Notes under the pieces: model-generated
Seen by the model: the letters and a program-made list of their open reading frames with translations, nothing else
Told to the model about the DNA's origin: nothing
Databases searched by the model: none
NCBI GenBank assembly: GCA_008632985.1
Contig: QPGO01000087.1
Span: forward strand, 310,001 to 350,331
Length of the DNA: 40,331 nt
Direction: 5' to 3'
Origin: Psammoneis japonica
Taxonomy: Eukaryota
Translations under genes and position numbers: made by a program
Part shown: positions 13,301 to 26,510 of the stretch, in pieces
How positions within the stretch are numbered: the first letter of the stretch is position 1
Layout: each line of letters begins with the position of its first letter

Positions 13301-16300
13301 CCATCCACCATCCGCCATCCAGCATCCAGCATCCGCCATCTGCCATCTGCCATCTGCCATCTGCCATCCGCCATTCGCCATCCACCATCCACCATCCAGC
13401 ATCTGCCATCTGCCATCTGCCATCTGCCATCTGCTGTCCGCCATCCACCATCCACCGTCCACCATCCGCCATCCACCATCCGCCATTCGCCGTTCGCTGT
13501 TCGCCATCCACCATCCAGCATCCCCCGTCCACCATCTGCCATCCAGCATCTGCCATCTGCCATCCGCCATCCAGCATCCGCCATTTGCCATTCACCATCT
13601 GGCACCCCCCATCCACCATTCACCTCCAGCATCTGCCATCTGCCATCCAGCATCCAGCATCCAGCATCCAGCACGCAGCATCCGCCATCCACCACCCACC
13701 ATCCAGCATCTGCCATCTGCCATCTGCCATCCACCATGCACCATCCACCATCCACATCCACCATCCGCCATCTGCTGTCTGCCATCTGTCATCCACCATC
13801 CGCCATCCAGCATCCAGCATCCGCCATTGGCCATCCGCTGTCCAGCATCCAGCATTTGGCATCCGCCATCCACAATCCACAATCCACCATCCACCATCCA
13901 GCATCCGCCATCCGCCACCCGCCATCCACCATCCACCATCCACCATCCACCATCCAGCATCCGCCATTCGCCGTTCGCTGTTCGCCATCCACCATCCAGC
14001 ATCCCCCGTCCACCATCTGCCATCCAGCATCTGCCATCTGCCATCCGCCATCCAGCATCCGCCATTTGCCATTCACCATCTGGCACCCCCCATCCACCAT
14101 TCACCTCCAGCATCTGCCATCCGCCATCCAGCATCCAGCATCCAGCATCCAGCATCCAGCACGCAGCATCCGCCATCCACCACCCACCATCCAGCATCTG
14201 CCATCTGCCATCTGCCATCCACCATGCACCATCCACCATCCACATCCACCATCCACCATCCGCCATCCACCATCCACCATCCGCCATCTGCCATTCAGCA
14301 TCCACCATCCACCACCCGCCATCTGCCATCTGCCATCTGCTGTCTGCCATCTGTCATCCACCATCCACCATCCAGCACCCCCCATCCAGCATCTGCCATC
14401 TGCCATCCGCCATCCAGCATCCAGCATCCGCCACTCGCCATTCGCCATTCACCATCCACCACCCACATCCACCATCCACCACCCACCATCCGCCATCCAC
14501 CATCCGCCATCCACCATCCGCCACCCGCCATCCACCATCCGCCATTTGGCATCTGCCATCCACCATCCACCATCCACCATCCGCCATCCATCACCTGGCA
14601 TCCACCATCCACCATCCACCATTTGCCATCCACCATCCAGCATCCCCCATCCGCCATCCACCATCCATCACCTGGCACCCACCATCCAGCATCCACCATT
14701 CGCCATTCACCATCCACCACCCCCCATCCACCATCCACCATCCAGCATCCAGCATCCACCATCCAGCATCCGCCATCCGCCATTTGCCATCAACCATCCA
14801 CCATCCGCAACCCAGCATCCGCCATCCACCATCGGCCATCCGCCATCCACCATCCAGCATCCAGCATCCAGCACCCACCATCTGCCATCCACCATCTGCC
14901 TTCTGCCATCTGCCATCTGCCACCCAGCATCCACCATCCACCATCCGCCATCCGCCATCCATCACCTGGCACCCACCATCCAGCATCCACCATTCGCCAT
15001 CCACCGTGCAGCACCCCCCGTTCACCACCCGCCACCCAGCATCCAGCATCCACATGGCATCCACCATCCACCATCCAGCACCCGCCGTCCAGCATCCGCC
15101 ATTCACCATCTGCCATCCACCATCCACCATCCGCCATCTGCCATCCGCCATCCGCCACCCACCATCCGCCATTCGCCACTCGCCATCCACCATCCACCAT
15201 CCACCATCCACCATCCACCACCCGCCATCCACCATCCGCCATCCACCATCTGCCATCCACCATCTGCCATCCGCCATCCATCACCTGGCATCCAGCACCC
15301 AGCATCCAGCGTGCAGCATCCGCCATCCACCATCTGCCATCCGCTGTCCAGCATCTGCCATCTGCCATCTGCCATCCGCCATCCACCATCCACCATCCAC
15401 CATCCACATCCACCATCCGCCATCCACCATCCACCATCCGTCATCTGCCATTCAGCATCCACCATCCACCACCCACCATCTGCTGTCTGCCATCTGTCAT
15501 CCACCATCCACCATCCAGCATCCGCCATTCGCCATCCGCTGTCCAGCATCCAGCACCTGGCATCCGCCATCCACAGTCCACAATCCACCATCCACCATCC
15601 ACCATCCAGCATCCGCCATCCGCCATCCGCCATCCGCCATCCGCCATCCGCCATCTGCCATCCGCCATCCACCATCCACCATCCACCATCTGCCATCTGC
15701 CATCCACCATCCACCATCCAGCATCCATCATCCGCCATCCAGCATCCGCCATTCGCTGCTCGCCATCCACCATCCAGCATCCCCCATCCACCATCTGCCA
15801 TCCAGCATCTGCCATCCGCCATCCGCCATCCAGCATCCGCCATTCGCCATTCACCATCTGGCATCCCCCACCCACCATTCACCATCCAGCATCTGCCATC
15901 CACCATCCAGCATCCAGCGTCCAGCATCCAGCACACAGCATCCGCCATCCACCATCTGCCATCCACCATCCACTGTCCAGCATCTGCCATCTGCCATCCA
16001 CCATCCACCATCCACATCCACCATCCGCCATCCACCATCCGCCATCCACCACCCACCATCCACCATCCGCCATCTGCCATTCAGCACCCACCATCCACCA
16101 TTCGCCATCTGCTGTCTGCCATCTGTCATCCACCATCCAGCATCCCCCATCCAGCATCTGACATCTGCCATCCGCCATCCAGCATCCCCCATCCGCCACT
16201 CGCCATTCGCCATTCACCATCCACCATCCACCATCCACATCCACCACCCACCATCCGCCATCCACCATCTGCCATCCACCATCCGCCATCCGCCATTTGG

Positions 16301-16691
16301 CATCTGCCACCCACCATCCACCATCCGCCATCCATCACCTGGCATCCACCATCCAGCATCCATCATTTGCCATCCACCATCCAGCATCCCCCATCCACCA
16401 TCCGCCATCCGCCATCCAGCATCCAGCATCTGCCATCCAGCATCCGCCATCCGCCATCCGCCATCCGCCATTTGCCATCAACCATCCACCATCCGCCATC
16501 CGGCATCTGCCATCCACCATCGGCCATCCAGCATCCGCCATCCGCCATTTGCCATTCGCCATCCACCATCCAGCATCCGCCATTCGCCATCTGCCATTCG
16601 CCATCCGCCATCCAGCATCCAGCATCCAGCAACCATCTGCCACCCACAATCTGCCATCTTCTGTCATCCGCCATCTGCCATCCACCATCTG
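7370..16691. repeat. 9.3-kb heptamer satellite (CCATCCA/CCATCCG/CCATCTG/GCATCCA and variants) with higher-order blocks
   Basis: Direct 7-nt periodicity throughout, with recurrent landmark variants such as CATCACCTGGCA, CACATGGCAT and ACTGTCCAGCAT. Confidence 0.98.
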
Positions 16692-16800
16692 CGTTCAGAA
16701 GATCACACCACTGCTGGTCATTGGCTTGCTTTTTGAAGGCCAAGTCCAGTGCCACAGGTTTCGGGGATGCGTTGAAATTGTTGACTTGCTTCAAAGTGTG
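16692..16800 (-). pseudogene. fragment of the gag-like ORF of the small LTR family, abutting the satellite
   Basis: QVNNFNASPKPVALDLAFKKQANDQQWCDLLNA aligns with QVNDICTSPQSCALDLAFKMQEDDQLWCSLFNA at ~22270-22380. Confidence 0.6.
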
Positions 16801-17439
16801 GTTGACTCATCTGCGGTTGTAAATTTTCACAGACACTGCATGGTGGGATGACTCAAAAAATGGTCCGTGGGCGTGTTGAATGAATGTCTCAAAAATGCCA
16901 TTGCAGATTTAGTTCCCACAGAAGGAAGAGTTTCTGCTGCCTTGGCCTGTGCCATGAATTGGAAATTTGGTGGAATGAGAGCATGATGATTTGGGCAGTC
17001 TGATTGCAGCCTTCAGCCAATGTTGTGCCAGCTGCAGGGTGTGGTTTGCTGTCTGGGCAACCTTTTTTGGCATGCTGTTGCTGCAACTCTCAAGAGCCAC
17101 CAGAGCTGGAATGTTCCAATCACAACAAGACGTGCAATCTTCAGGGTGCCTCGTGTCCCTGGATTGCAAAGCTTGCACTGCTCCATGTTCTGTGCAAGAG
17201 ATTGCCACATGACACTGGAATTCAACTGAAAGTCAGCTTTGTAAATGTGAGTGACACACAGTTGGTGGATCTTGTTGTTCTCATCTTCTTTGAAGACAAC
17301 AACGTTGACGATGTCTTTCCATTGGTTGCAGGAGCATCCCCACTGGAGAGCGCAGCTCAAAAAGATTCAGCCGCATTTGAATGAGGGCATGTTGTGCCAT
17401 GTCCAGATGCTTGCAATCTTCAGTTGGGCCACCCTCAGG

Positions 17440-18950
17440 GGCAGCAGCCTGAGAATGGGAATGTGCTGCATGCATGGCTTTCCAATGACCTGAGTGAAGA
17501 CCCAACTTGACAGAGGCAGATGCAGACTCAGTCCAAGAAAAGAAGAGACAGACACTGGAGATCAATGTTCAAGGTGAAACACAAACTGGGAAGTGGCTTC
17601 ATCGAGTTGATCCATGTTGCAGTCACCATCAAGAACAACATCCACAGAGATTGTTGCCGTTGCAACCCAAATCCACCAACAAGGAGGGAACAGCAGGGGG
17701 GTGCCGTGGGCCCATCCAAAATGCTTTTGATTGCAAAGCTGAAGAGCAGTGGCAACATCAATGGGGGCATTGACAGCATCCCATTTGTCACACTCTTTGG
17801 GGTTCACAGAGGGGTTGCAGGGCACCTGAATGCTGTTTGTCCCCATGTTGCATCTGCCTTGCAAAACTGGATCTTGCGGAATGACTTCCCTGATTTCTTT
17901 GGCTTTTTGCATGTTGTGCAAGATGGTGGTTTTCCTCCAGGAAGCCTTTGCACCTTCCAACTCCAAGGCTGCAATCTTCTGCGCCACCTCCCATTCTCCA
18001 TGTGCAGTGCTGGCTGCCACCTTCTGGCATTCAGACTGGGCTGTGTGTGGAGCTGCCTGACACATTCTGCAAAGGTTTCTGGAATGATGGGTGAGCCCTC
18101 AATCTGATTCTGGATGTTTCAGACATGGCCAACGACATGGTTGATGTTGGTGCACATCATGGACATGACTCTGCTCAAGACATGAACTCTGTGTTGAAGC
18201 TGAGCAAGTTCAATGGACCATTCCGGTTGACGTTGTGCTCAACATTTCTTTGCTTCAGCCAGAGAAAATTGGCTGAGAGATTGGATGGAGACCTTTTGTG
18301 ATTTTCTCTGGCCACAGCAAAGAAATGTCAAGCAGTGCCAAGTTCAAGAAGCCCTCTTGATCTGGACAGAACATCTTGGCCTTGCAAGCATGGGACCAAC
18401 GGCGTCACGGTGCGTCATCACCTGATTGCTGGCTTTTGGGAGATCAACAGTGGGGTTTCCAAAATGGGCCAGTGTGTTGAAGTCCACGCAGAAGGCACAG
18501 TGATCAGAAGTTGTGCGACACCCGAAAGCCTCACAACCTCCAAACCGAGCAGTGGCAAGGGCACCAGGGGCAGCAAGAACGCAGTCTAATTGCTTTGACC
18601 CTCAAGAGCATGTTGAAAATTCTGTGTTGCCCGTCAAGTTGAAAAGAACATCTGGCAAATTAAACTGCTGTGCAAGCAAAGCAAGAGATTCAGTGTCAGC
18701 TGCAAAGTCTGCATTGAAATCTCCAAAGAGGATTGCCTTGTGATTCTGGTCTGTGAGAAAACCCTGGAGAAACTGAGATAAATCCAAGCAGAATGCTTTG
18801 CAAGGATTGGTGTTTTCATGGCCTTGTTGGCGTGACAATGACACCTGCTGGGCCATGAATGTCCAATGCATCAGTTGGTGTGCATCATGTGTCAGAGAGG
18901 GCACACTCAATCACATGTCATTTGTCCCTGTTTCATTCAAAACTTTCACA
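17440..18950 (-). mobile_element. non-LTR retrotransposon remnant: APE endonuclease, linker and start of RT
   Basis: ILFGDFNA, STCS*GSKQLDCVL (TY.RGS.RLDY.L-like), TSDHCAF (SDHR), NQKHFGWAHGTP, and SWTESASAS..GLHSGHWKA (W.E.TSTSPSG.HLGHYKA-like). Confidence 0.8.
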
Positions 18951-19047
18951 ATTTTAAAATTTGTGCAACAAAATGACTGGGAATCCTCTTGTCAGTCACC
19001 ACACTGAACTTCACAGGCAAATTTTGTTCCATGGATGTTTTGAGATG

Positions 19048-20500
19048 TCAGAGTTTGGTGTGCACCTCCCAATCAATTGACTCCCGGGTTTCATTGGACC
19101 AACCACACTTCTTCTCTTTCATGCAACTTGCCAGAGCTGGGCTGGATGCATTGCATTGAACAACCAGCTTGTGCTTGGCCAACATCGTGATGCCATGAAC
19201 AATTAGATCAGTGCTGCAATGGGGCACACAAGGCACCAAAAGGGTGTCACAAGAGAAATGGCCCTGGCACTGTCCTGCCAATCTGTTGGCTCTAACGTTC
19301 AACCAAGCTGCCAAGGACAAGGAATCTGCAGGTTTTGGGTCATCTTGATGTCCCTTGACCCAGTGGACAGAGAATTTTGTGCTGTGCTGCTTGTCATGAG
19401 ACATTTCAAAGATTTGCTGCATGGAATGAAAAAATTCATGTGAGACAACCCAATCTGGGGAAAGAACATCAGCAATGTGATGTTGCTGGTGGCAGTCCCT
19501 GGCACCTTCAATTGCCTCATTGTCTGTTGGACAAGGGAAAGCCTGGAAATTGGAAATGTTGCGCACAAGTGAGGAGTTGTCACACAGTGCATGTCTGTGC
19601 CTTTGGCGGGCATTTAGCAACAAGATTTCATCAACCAAAACAGGAAAGAGAGGAAGGACAACAATCCATGCACTTCAACTTGGTGAGATGATGGACAAAA
19701 ACCAAAAACTGGGTCAGCACAATCCACCAAAGGAGTGCCGTCACCTGCAAGTGTCCAACCAAAAGCACCCCAAAAATTAAGAACTGATCCATCACTGCCC
19801 ACTGAGGCTCAATGATGAGCAAGCAGGTCTGTGATCTTGGACACAGACATGTGCAAAGTCAAATCATCAAACAACAAGGGCTCCCATTTGGGGAGAGATT
19901 GCAACATTGCCCTGAAGTCATTGGAAACTGAAGGAGTGGGTGGCGGGGAAACGGGGGCACCCGGGGGAGTCATTTGCCAATGACCAGCATGGGCGGCATG
20001 TGCCAACACTGGGGATGCTGCAGGGGAAATGCCAGGGACCATCTCCAAAGCAGCTGCTGATGTGCAGTGCATCTGCCAATCACTGGAAACATCTGAAAAC
20101 CGGAATCTGTGCAAATGTGCAGGCAGTCTTCTGAAGGCTTGTGGCATGCTGCATGAGACACACACATCTCGTGCCCTGACAGATGGCTCGATTCCAGTGA
20201 ACTGGCTTTGCAGAAAAGGGAACATGCATGGTGCCACTGTTTCCAGGCCCTGGCAGACAGGCAGGGCTGTTTGGTGGGATTCAAAGTTGAGCGGCTGCTG
20301 AGAAGAGAGTGTGTGTTGACCATTGGCTTTAAATTGATCAACAGATGTGCCATCTGGTGAAGCAACATCCCACAATGTCAGAACATTCAAGTGCAATTGA
20401 CAACAATTCACCCACCAGATCTCCCGATCAGCAAATGCGCGTGACTCAAGCACCACATCCATGATGTGTTGGTTGTTGTCACAATTGTGCCTCAGTTTCA
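19048..20500 (-). mobile_element. non-LTR retrotransposon remnant: post-RT region and RNase H (Ambal-like)
   Basis: HIMDVVL..F...EI..VNCCQLHLNVLTLWDV...DGT, SDGSV...GAFGWTL, PSSHQVEVHGLLS (SSYRAE.YGLLS-like), HWVKGHQDD, LNVRANRLA, GWS......IDW. Confidence 0.82.
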
Positions 20501-20789
20501 TGGCCGCAAACCCCACGTGTTTTTCTGTGTGAGCTCTGGTGCTGATGTCGCCTTTTTCAGACAGTGCAATGATGGTTCTTGCCTGCCCATTCAGATGTGT
20601 TCTTTTGTCAATGTGCCTTTGTTCTGTGATCATCATCAATCTCATGCAGTGGAAAACGATTGGCATCAAACCTCTTGGTTTACTTGCTCGGCATTTTTCT
20701 CGTTTTTTTTTTTATTCTCGCGTGCAAAGTTCCCACACAGGTTTCAGTGCAAATTCTGCGTGTTCTGCAAGTTATCTCAGACGGACGAC

Positions 20790-21190
20790 TCGTCAAACTG
20801 CCAATTGCTTTCTCTCCACACCTCTCAAGTGTCAACGACCCCCTTCTTCCTGCTGTCTGTCAAGTTTCCTGTGTCATGTGGTGAACATTCTCCCGTCGTT
20901 GCTGTTTTCAGAAGTTTGAAGATGAGACCAACTCAGTGCATGTTGGCCATTCTTCTTCGTGCCGACAAGTCCACACAAGTGTCAGTGCATTTTCTGCATG
21001 TCTTGAAGGTCATTTTGGACAATTGACTTGCCAAATTACCAATTGCTCTTGGTCCATGCCTCTCCAGTGTCAACAACTCCCCTTCTTCCTGTTGTCAATT
21101 TAAGTTCTCTGCTCCATGCTGTGAACAATCCCCAGTTGTTGGTGCTCCCAGAAGTGTGAATTTGAGTCCAGTTCAGTGCGAGTTGGTGGT
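20790..21190. repeat. diverged direct duplication, period ~240 bp
   Basis: CCAATTGCT..AGTGTCAAC..CCCCTTCTTCCTG..GTGAACA..CAGAAGT..TCAGTGC occurs at ~20800-20945 and again at ~21040-21185. Confidence 0.75.
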
Positions 21191-22019
21191 CAATTTGTGT
21201 CCCTTTCCTTCTCATGTTGAAACCATTCTAGACTGCTATTCCACTTTTGCTGCCAGCCCTCATCCCAGGAAGACAGTTCAATCAAAGCATTGAGTGCTTT
21301 CCTTTTGAAGTTTTGTCATGCTGGTCCTGTTTTTGACTTCGTCAGCTGTTTCCGGTGGGCGCCACAGCCTTGTGGCATCAATCTTGACAAATTGTCATGT
21401 GCCCCTGCACACTTGAGTGCACTGGGGGTGTGGGCCAGCTTGTTTGCCGGAGTTGCGGGGCGGAAGTGCAGCAGCACTTTAAATGTAGAATTTGGGTTTT
21501 GTTTTGTGTTGGTTGTTGTCCCACTGTGGGGGCAACACACCAGTGTTGTTGAAATCAATGTGCTGCCAAATCCCAACCAAAAAGAATGGAGAGACATGAA
21601 CAACAAGATTTGGAACACGGCAACTCAGTGTCAACATCTTGAAGAAAGCCAATTCCTGCACCAATTTGAAACTGAGTCCATGCCACTGCAATCTGGGACA
21701 AAGCTTGTGATTGCCCAGAGCCTCGCCAGTGTCAAAGAAACTGCAAAATCTGTGCCACTCCCTGTTCCACATCCAAAGACCTGAAACTTGTGCCTCCTGA
21801 TGAGCATGGACCAAATAAAACATTGTGCTTCGTGCTGCAATTGCATTCACATTTTGCAAGTGTGCTGCGCACAGCTTTCTGTTGGCTTCCAGCAGCTCTT
21901 TTGTCATGAAGTGGGCACTCCGCAGCATGCACATGATTGAAGACAGGCAGCAGGCAAAGCAATGAGTCCAAGCCTTGTGCTGCCAGTCAAGGGGACATGA
22001 TCAAAGAAACAAAGCCACA

Positions 22020-22852
22020 TCATTGCTCTTTTTCTTGAGGGTAGAAAATTGAGTCTTTTGAGTGCCTGCTGGTTTGAGCTTTGTGGCAGTGTCCAAGTGT
22101 CTTGTGAGAAGAATGAGCTGACAGTTGCTTGCTGGACCTCACAGTCTTGCAGTCCGCTTGTGACGTTTTGACATTGATTTTGTTGTTGCATTCTTGAAGG
22201 TGAGGTTCTTCATTGTCTGTGAACATCCACTTGATTGCATGAAAGGAGCATTTTGGCTGCTCCAACTCATGGCTGCTGGCATTAAAAAGGCTGCACCAAA
22301 GTTGATCATCCTCTTGCATCTTAAAGGCCAGGTCCAGTGCACATGATTGAGGAGACGTGCAAATGTCATTCACCTGTCCAGATTGAGCATGGAGTCCACA
22401 TGAAGCATGTTCAGAGATGCGTGGAGAAGCGATGCAGTGACACGTGGGTTGGAGCTCACAACGAATCTCTGCAACAGTCATGGGAGAGTGGCCTTTGCAG
22501 GGTTGGGAGATGCCATGGTTGTGCCTGGTGAAAACATTTTTGGTCATGCACATGCAGAAATCTGGCATGTTTCTATGAGCATGAAGAATGCCGGGAAAGC
22601 AAGAAAAAATGCTTTTGGAAACAAATGACTGGCTCGCTGCCATGATCGGCTCACAAAGCAAATGAATCAAAACAGAAAGCATGGCGCAGAGTTCAGTGGC
22701 ACAGACCAAGGCCACAACCTGACAGAACACCAAAGGACAATGAGAACAAGCAACGGTGTGATGGCAGAACTCAGAGAGATCTGCTCTTCTATCTACAAGG
22801 TCTGGTCATCATCCGGTTGCAGTCTGTCCATCCCAGGACAGATGGGCAGACA
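22020..22852 (-). mobile_element. truncated copy of the small copia-type LTR family: 5' LTR (~22720-22852), PBS and gag-like ORF remnant
   Basis: 22390-22735 aligns with 27418-27760. The LTR end TGTCA is followed by GGTTGTGGCC (22710-22719), the TA->TG version of the PBS GGTTATGGCC. Confidence 0.75.
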
Positions 22853-24509
22853 TGTGGAGCAAATCTAAATTGAAAAACTGAATTCCAGGGTGCCAATTGG
22901 CAAGCACACCAGAAGGATGCATCACAAAATGGCCCTGTTGGGATGCCAGTCAACTGATCCATTGTCCGTCAGTTTTCAAAAGTCATCAAATGGAGTGTCA
23001 TGCCAGAGTCGACTTGCTGCAATGCAGCGAACTCACTGGTTGGCACGTCCTTGATTCAAAACCACTTGCATTTGTTGAGGTGCTGGACATTTGTTTGTTT
23101 CCAAGTTACACTCATTTGTCATGAGTGACTGTGACTTATGACAAATCTGACTCATTTGGTTGTGGACAGATTGACGTGCCTGTGCTCACACATGTTTGGG
23201 TGGACTGAGGTCTGGCATCCACAAACATGAGGATTCATTGCTTTGGGCCCCTGATGTGGTGTGTGGTTGTTTTGGACAACTTCTCTCAACTTCATGGCTG
23301 CAGAAGTGGCATCATTGGATGATGTGAAGCAGTCGTGACATGTGCTGAGAAGGAAATGGCAATGCTTTTTGCACTTCTCTTTCCAAAATGGACCCGTTGT
23401 GTTGCAAGAATTTTTCAGGTCTTTTCATGCATTGCAAAAGTTTGTTGGTTGGGAATTTTAAATGTTGTTGAATCAAGTGGGTGTTGCCAATGCTCCAATG
23501 ACATCTGACAATCCACAGCCAATGCTGTCTGTGAATGAATGCACCAGATGGCAGCTGACATCTTGCGCACTGTGGTTGTTGCCAACCATCTTTTGAATGT
23601 TCAGCAGGCAGAAGGGACAGTGGATGACGCCCTTGCTGCTGCATCTCATGTGTTGTGATGCTCTCACTCAAGTCTGTGGGTGTTTCAAGCAGAGCTTGAC
23701 CATTTCAACATGATGTGGTTTGGATCTGCCCATTGTCTCCAATCATCTTGCTGCAATTCAAGCCAACCTTCAAGTGCCAGTCAACAACAATCTACAAAGA
23801 CAGAACACAAAGCATCGCTCCTGCCATTGTCCAGTTGGCTGAGATGCATTGATCAAGTTTTTGAATCCTTTGAAGCCAGAGGCTCAAGCTCATGGTCTGT
23901 TTTGAATTGTGCAAGTCCATGCCAACAGGACTGTTTTGGCACTGTGAGCACCACACATTGTTGAGCGGATTGACATTCATCACATGGTGCCGCATTGGAG
24001 TTGAGCTTTTCTTCCCAACATCTGGGTTCCCTGCTTCACACTCACCCAGTTTTGAATTTGAGTCAAGTGGCTCCAATGGTGAGTGCATTTCTTGCACCAT
24101 CAAGGGGAAGAGTGTGAATGAGAGACAGGCACATGTGCTCTGTGACTGAGTGTGCCCTCTCTGACACAAGCACATTGGCTCATGCATCAGATGTTCAAGG
24201 GCTTCCAGAAGTCCTCTGATCAGCAAAGGGCTGATCAGATCTCTTCTCAGTTCCCACACAGCTGTCCTTTTTGTCAAGTCATCTCAAGCTGGATCTTTGT
24301 CATCCAGGGCCAGTCTGGTCTGGCCGGCCAGTCTCATGAACATTGCAGTGCAGCACAGCACAATGTTGGCGCAAACCCCAAATTTTGTGTTGTTTCCACA
24401 GTGTGTAAAATTTGTGTTTGTGTGATTTTTGCATCAGCGCACATTGTGGTGCCGCAAGTCAACATCAGGGATGTGAACATCCAGCCAGATGGAATGTGAC
24501 ATGTGGCAC

Positions 24510-24693
24510 CGACAGAATGCCAAAGGTCAGAGGTGACAGAGGTGTGAAAGACTCCCCAAGCACTGGGACTGTGATGACACGAGTGCCAGCAGATGAGAAA
24601 GTGAGAGGATCTCAGAGAGATCTGATCGTCCATCCAGATGGTCTGTCCATCATCTGTGTGCAGTCTGTCCATCACAGAACAGGTGGACTGACA
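24510..24693 (-). repeat. 3' LTR (184 bp)
   Basis: Starts TGTCA on the minus strand directly after the PPT and aligns end to end with 27744-27934. Confidence 0.9.
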
Positions 24694-24702
24694 CCCTTCC
24701 CT
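24694..24702 (-). promoter_or_regulatory. PPT (AGGGAAGGG)
   Basis: Purine run abutting the TG start of the 3' LTR. Confidence 0.8.
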
Positions 24703-26319
24703 GATCTGCAATGTCCAAATTGACAGCAGGACAATGCAGATCAATCCAAAGAGCAGGGATGATGCATGAGAGCAGACCGGATGACAAAACAAAGTGTCCA
24801 GACTCAACTTGCACTGCAATTGTAAAGGCGCCACACAGCACAGGGCAATGACATCTCCAAAAAGTCTCCAATGGCAGCTGGGCGCATGTGCTGGTCCATC
24901 GGAGTCTTTGACAAAAAAATCAAAGGCAGTTTCCAATGAATCTTGAGGACAAATTGAGTCTTGCACCAAAGAAACACACTTGTCAATCAACAAGCAATTG
25001 ATTGCAGAAAGACATTCTGGCAAGTCATGCTGTCGCCAAATCTCATCAGAAGGGATGGGGCCAGAAAATGCAATCCACCATGGCGGACAGTGCTGCAAAA
25101 ATGAAGCAATGGCAATCCACCTGACAAAACAATGCTTCCACCACCGGACGTGTCACCCCTGAAAAACATGTTGGGCAAACAAAATGCATCGTAAAGTTGC
25201 TCAATGTTGGAAGAACAGTGACGCATCGCAGGTGAGCATCACACTTCATTCAAATCATGGTCATCAAGCAAGGTTTCTTGGTTGAAGGTCAAATTCTCAA
25301 CAGCCTGATGTGCTTCTTCTGTGCCACAGCAATCCCTCCCCTGATCAAAAAATGTGGGGTCATTGTCGGGGACAGTCGACAGGTCGGGACCACCAGGAAA
25401 AATGCCACTTGACACCACAATGATCTTGACAGCAAAGGAAGAAGGCGACACACTGGAAGAGTTGGTGTGATTGTGAATCTTGCACACTTCCTCTGCATGA
25501 TGTTGTTCCCTCCTTTGATCAGAAAATGAAGGATCATCATCAGCAATGGTGGACAGGTCCAGAGCACCATGAACAGTGCAATTGGATGCAACAACTGTCC
25601 TGACAATGGAAGAAACAGACGGAACAGCAGAAGGCAGCAAGACTCTGTGGCGCCCTCTTTCACAACTGCCCTGCTTTCACTGGTCTTGTTCAGACAATGG
25701 AAGGAATGGTGTTGTTGCATGTCCAAAATTGACAATGGCCAAGCCAAAAATCCAAGGACAAATCAACCTGACAACCAACAGAGCTCTGGCTGCGTCTCCA
25801 CAGGTGTCATGCATGTCATGCGACGGTGCCACAGAGGCAGCAAACAGCTCATGGGTGACCTTGGCAATGTAGCATGATCCATCCAATGGATTGAAGCAAC
25901 CACCATTGTGTGAAACAACAGGATTGCCAGACACAAAAACTTTGGGGTCTTGAACAGGCAAGCATGGAGGTTGGTGGGAAGTGCCACCAATCCAGCAGAC
26001 AATGCAAGTGAACCAGTGCCAACAATTGCAAATGGCTCACTTGCAGGAACCACAACAGACATGGGAGGCTTGATGTCCAGTGCAGCAGCATTCATGGGAT
26101 CAATCCGAGTGCCGGTTAAAATTGCATCTTCACCTTGAGTCACATCTGCATCATCTTGGCTGGAGGACTCGGCAGCGGCATCCATCTTGGAATCTTCAAA
26201 TGCACAATTAGTCAAAGACGAGGCCTGGGGTGAAGAAGAGAGCAAAGAAGCTTTCTCATGTCTGTCACAGTCACCAAAAGGTGAAGGGTCTGGATGGTGT
26301 TGATCTTTTGCACGAGGGG

Positions 26320-26510
26320 GTTTGTCCAAGCCCTTGTGAAGCGCAGATTCATGTCCATCTTGATCTGAGAGTTTTCAGGATCCTGCCACAGGACGTGCTT
26401 GTTGGCATCAGATGAATGACCAAGGAAAAGGCCTTTCTTGGGGATGGGGTGCAACTTGGAGCAACAGGCACCGGGTTCTCAAACCCAAACATGAGAGCCA
26501 ATTTCAATCT
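26320..26510 (-). pseudogene. copia integrase C-terminal SH3-like domain remnant
   Basis: GSHVWV*EPG...KLHP.PKKGLFLGHSS....VLWQDPE..QIK...NLRF resembles the copia FGC.VYV...KL.....KGIFLGY....Y.......I....V.FDE pattern. Confidence 0.65.

Noticed and set aside
7370..16691. Telomeric repeat or CRISPR array
   Set aside because: The unit is not TTAGGG/TTTAGGG or an obvious TA-mutated form of them. There is no repeat-spacer structure and no cas gene.
7253..16822. Giant His/Pro/Ser-rich ORFs (1087-3124 aa) and the MADGGW-type minus-strand ORFs
   Set aside because: These are translations of a stop-free heptamer satellite. All three frames are open, which is expected when TA is absent.
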